NCBI RefSeq assembly: GCF_963921235.1
Contig: NC_086097.1
Span: forward strand, 23,252,001-23,316,000
Direction: 5' to 3'
DNA: 64,000 bases
Source: Mobula hypostoma
Taxonomy: Eukaryota
Shown: piece after piece, positions 63,008 to 64,000 of the stretch
Position numbering within the stretch: the first letter of the stretch is position 1
Layout of the letters: every line of letters starts with the position of its first letter
Notes under the pieces: generated by a model
What the model was told of the DNA's origin: nothing
Database searches by the model: none
Seen by the model: the letters and a program-made list of their open reading frames with translations, nothing else
Made by a program: the position numbers and the translations under genes

Positions 63008-64000
63008 AACAGACGAGAGCATCAACAGATGCTGGAAATCCAAGAAACACACAAAATGCTGGAGGAACTCAGCAGGTTAGGCAGCATCTATGGAAAAAAG
63101 TGCAGACGACGTTTCAGGCTGAGACCGTTCGGCAGGGCTGGAGTGAAAAAAGATGAGGAGGGGATTTAAAATGTGGGGGGGGGGTGGTGGGAGAGAGAAA
63201 CACAAGGTAGGTGAAACCAGGAGGGGGGATGGATGAAGTAAATAGCTGGGAAGTTGATAGGTAAAGGAGATACAGGGCTGCAGAAGGGGGAGTCTGCTAG
63301 GTGGGGATAGAAGGCTCTGGAAGAAAGAGAAGAAGGCAGGAGTACCAGAAGGAGGCAAGAAGATGAGGTTTGAGAAATTGATGTTCATGCCATCAGGTTG
63401 GAGGCTACCCAGCCAGAATATAAGGTATTGTTCCTGCAACCTGAGTGTGGTCTCATCACGACAGTAGAGGAGGCCGCGGATTGACATATCAGAAAGGGAA
63501 TGGAAAGTGGAATAAAAATGGGTGTCCACTGTGTGATCCCATTTCTTCTGGCCGACGGAATGTAGGTGTTCGGTGACATGGTCTCCCAATCTATGCTGGG
63601 TCTCACTGATATATAGGAGGCCACACTGGGAACACTGGATACAGGATATGCCCCCAATAGACTCACAGGTGAAGTGTCGCCTCACCTGGAAGGACTGTTT
63701 GGGGCCCTGAATGGTAATGAGGGAGGAGGTTTAGGGGCAGGTGTAGCATTTGTTCTGCCTGCAAGGATAAGCGCCTGGAGGGAGATCAGTGGGGAGGGAC
63801 GATTGGACAAGGGAGTCACGTAGGGAGTGATCCCGGCAGAAAGCAGAATGTGGGGAGGAGGGAAAGATGTGCTTGGTGGTGGGATCCTGTTGGAGTCGGC
63901 AGAAGTTGCGGAGAATTATGTGCTGGACGCAGAGGCTGGTGGGATGGTAGGTGAGGACAAGAGGAACCCTATCCCTGGTAGGGTGGTGGGAGGATGGGGT
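63008..64000 (-). mobile_element. Penelope-like retroelement 3' part: GIY-YIG endonuclease and pLTR (runs off the window)
   Basis: RVPLVLTYHP...CRQNKCYTCP upstream; ORF 63077..63685 FTCES..ISCIQCSQCGLLYISET...HVTEHL...QEQYLIFWLGSLQPDGMN; in-frame stop near 63731. Confidence 0.93.

Noticed and set aside
63077..63685. Domesticated GIY-YIG nuclease gene
   Set aside because: Motif is degraded (ISC...YIS), there is an upstream in-frame stop, and the frame runs on into the pLTR.

Overview
Eukaryotic, repeat-dominated non-coding DNA (intronic or intergenic). I infer a cartilaginous fish, probably a ray, from the repeat mix: CR1 LINEs, Rex1/Babar LINEs, HE1-like V-SINEs and Penelope elements. I found no convincing host exon, RNA gene, CRISPR array or intact transposon ORF. 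The ORFs in the track that I can recognise are decayed transposon fragments or their antisense shadows. The best-resolved structure is a complete Tc1 transposon (11687-16746) carrying two nested LINEs, each with its own target-site duplication (TSD); removing them restores a 1606-bp element. Also present are two solo LTRs, mariner and hAT MITEs, and an RTE-like fragment. Two patterns stand out. First, about ten degenerate minimal hammerhead-ribozyme motifs of two families lie in Penelope terminal repeats (pLTRs), some as short stand-alone inserts with their own TSDs. Second, three separate DNA-transposon families end in a self-contained TIR hairpin (mini-MITE). Both are candidates, not demonstrated novel systems. 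Boundaries backed by a TSD or TIR are read to the base; others are approximate. Family names come from motif recognition, not database searches.
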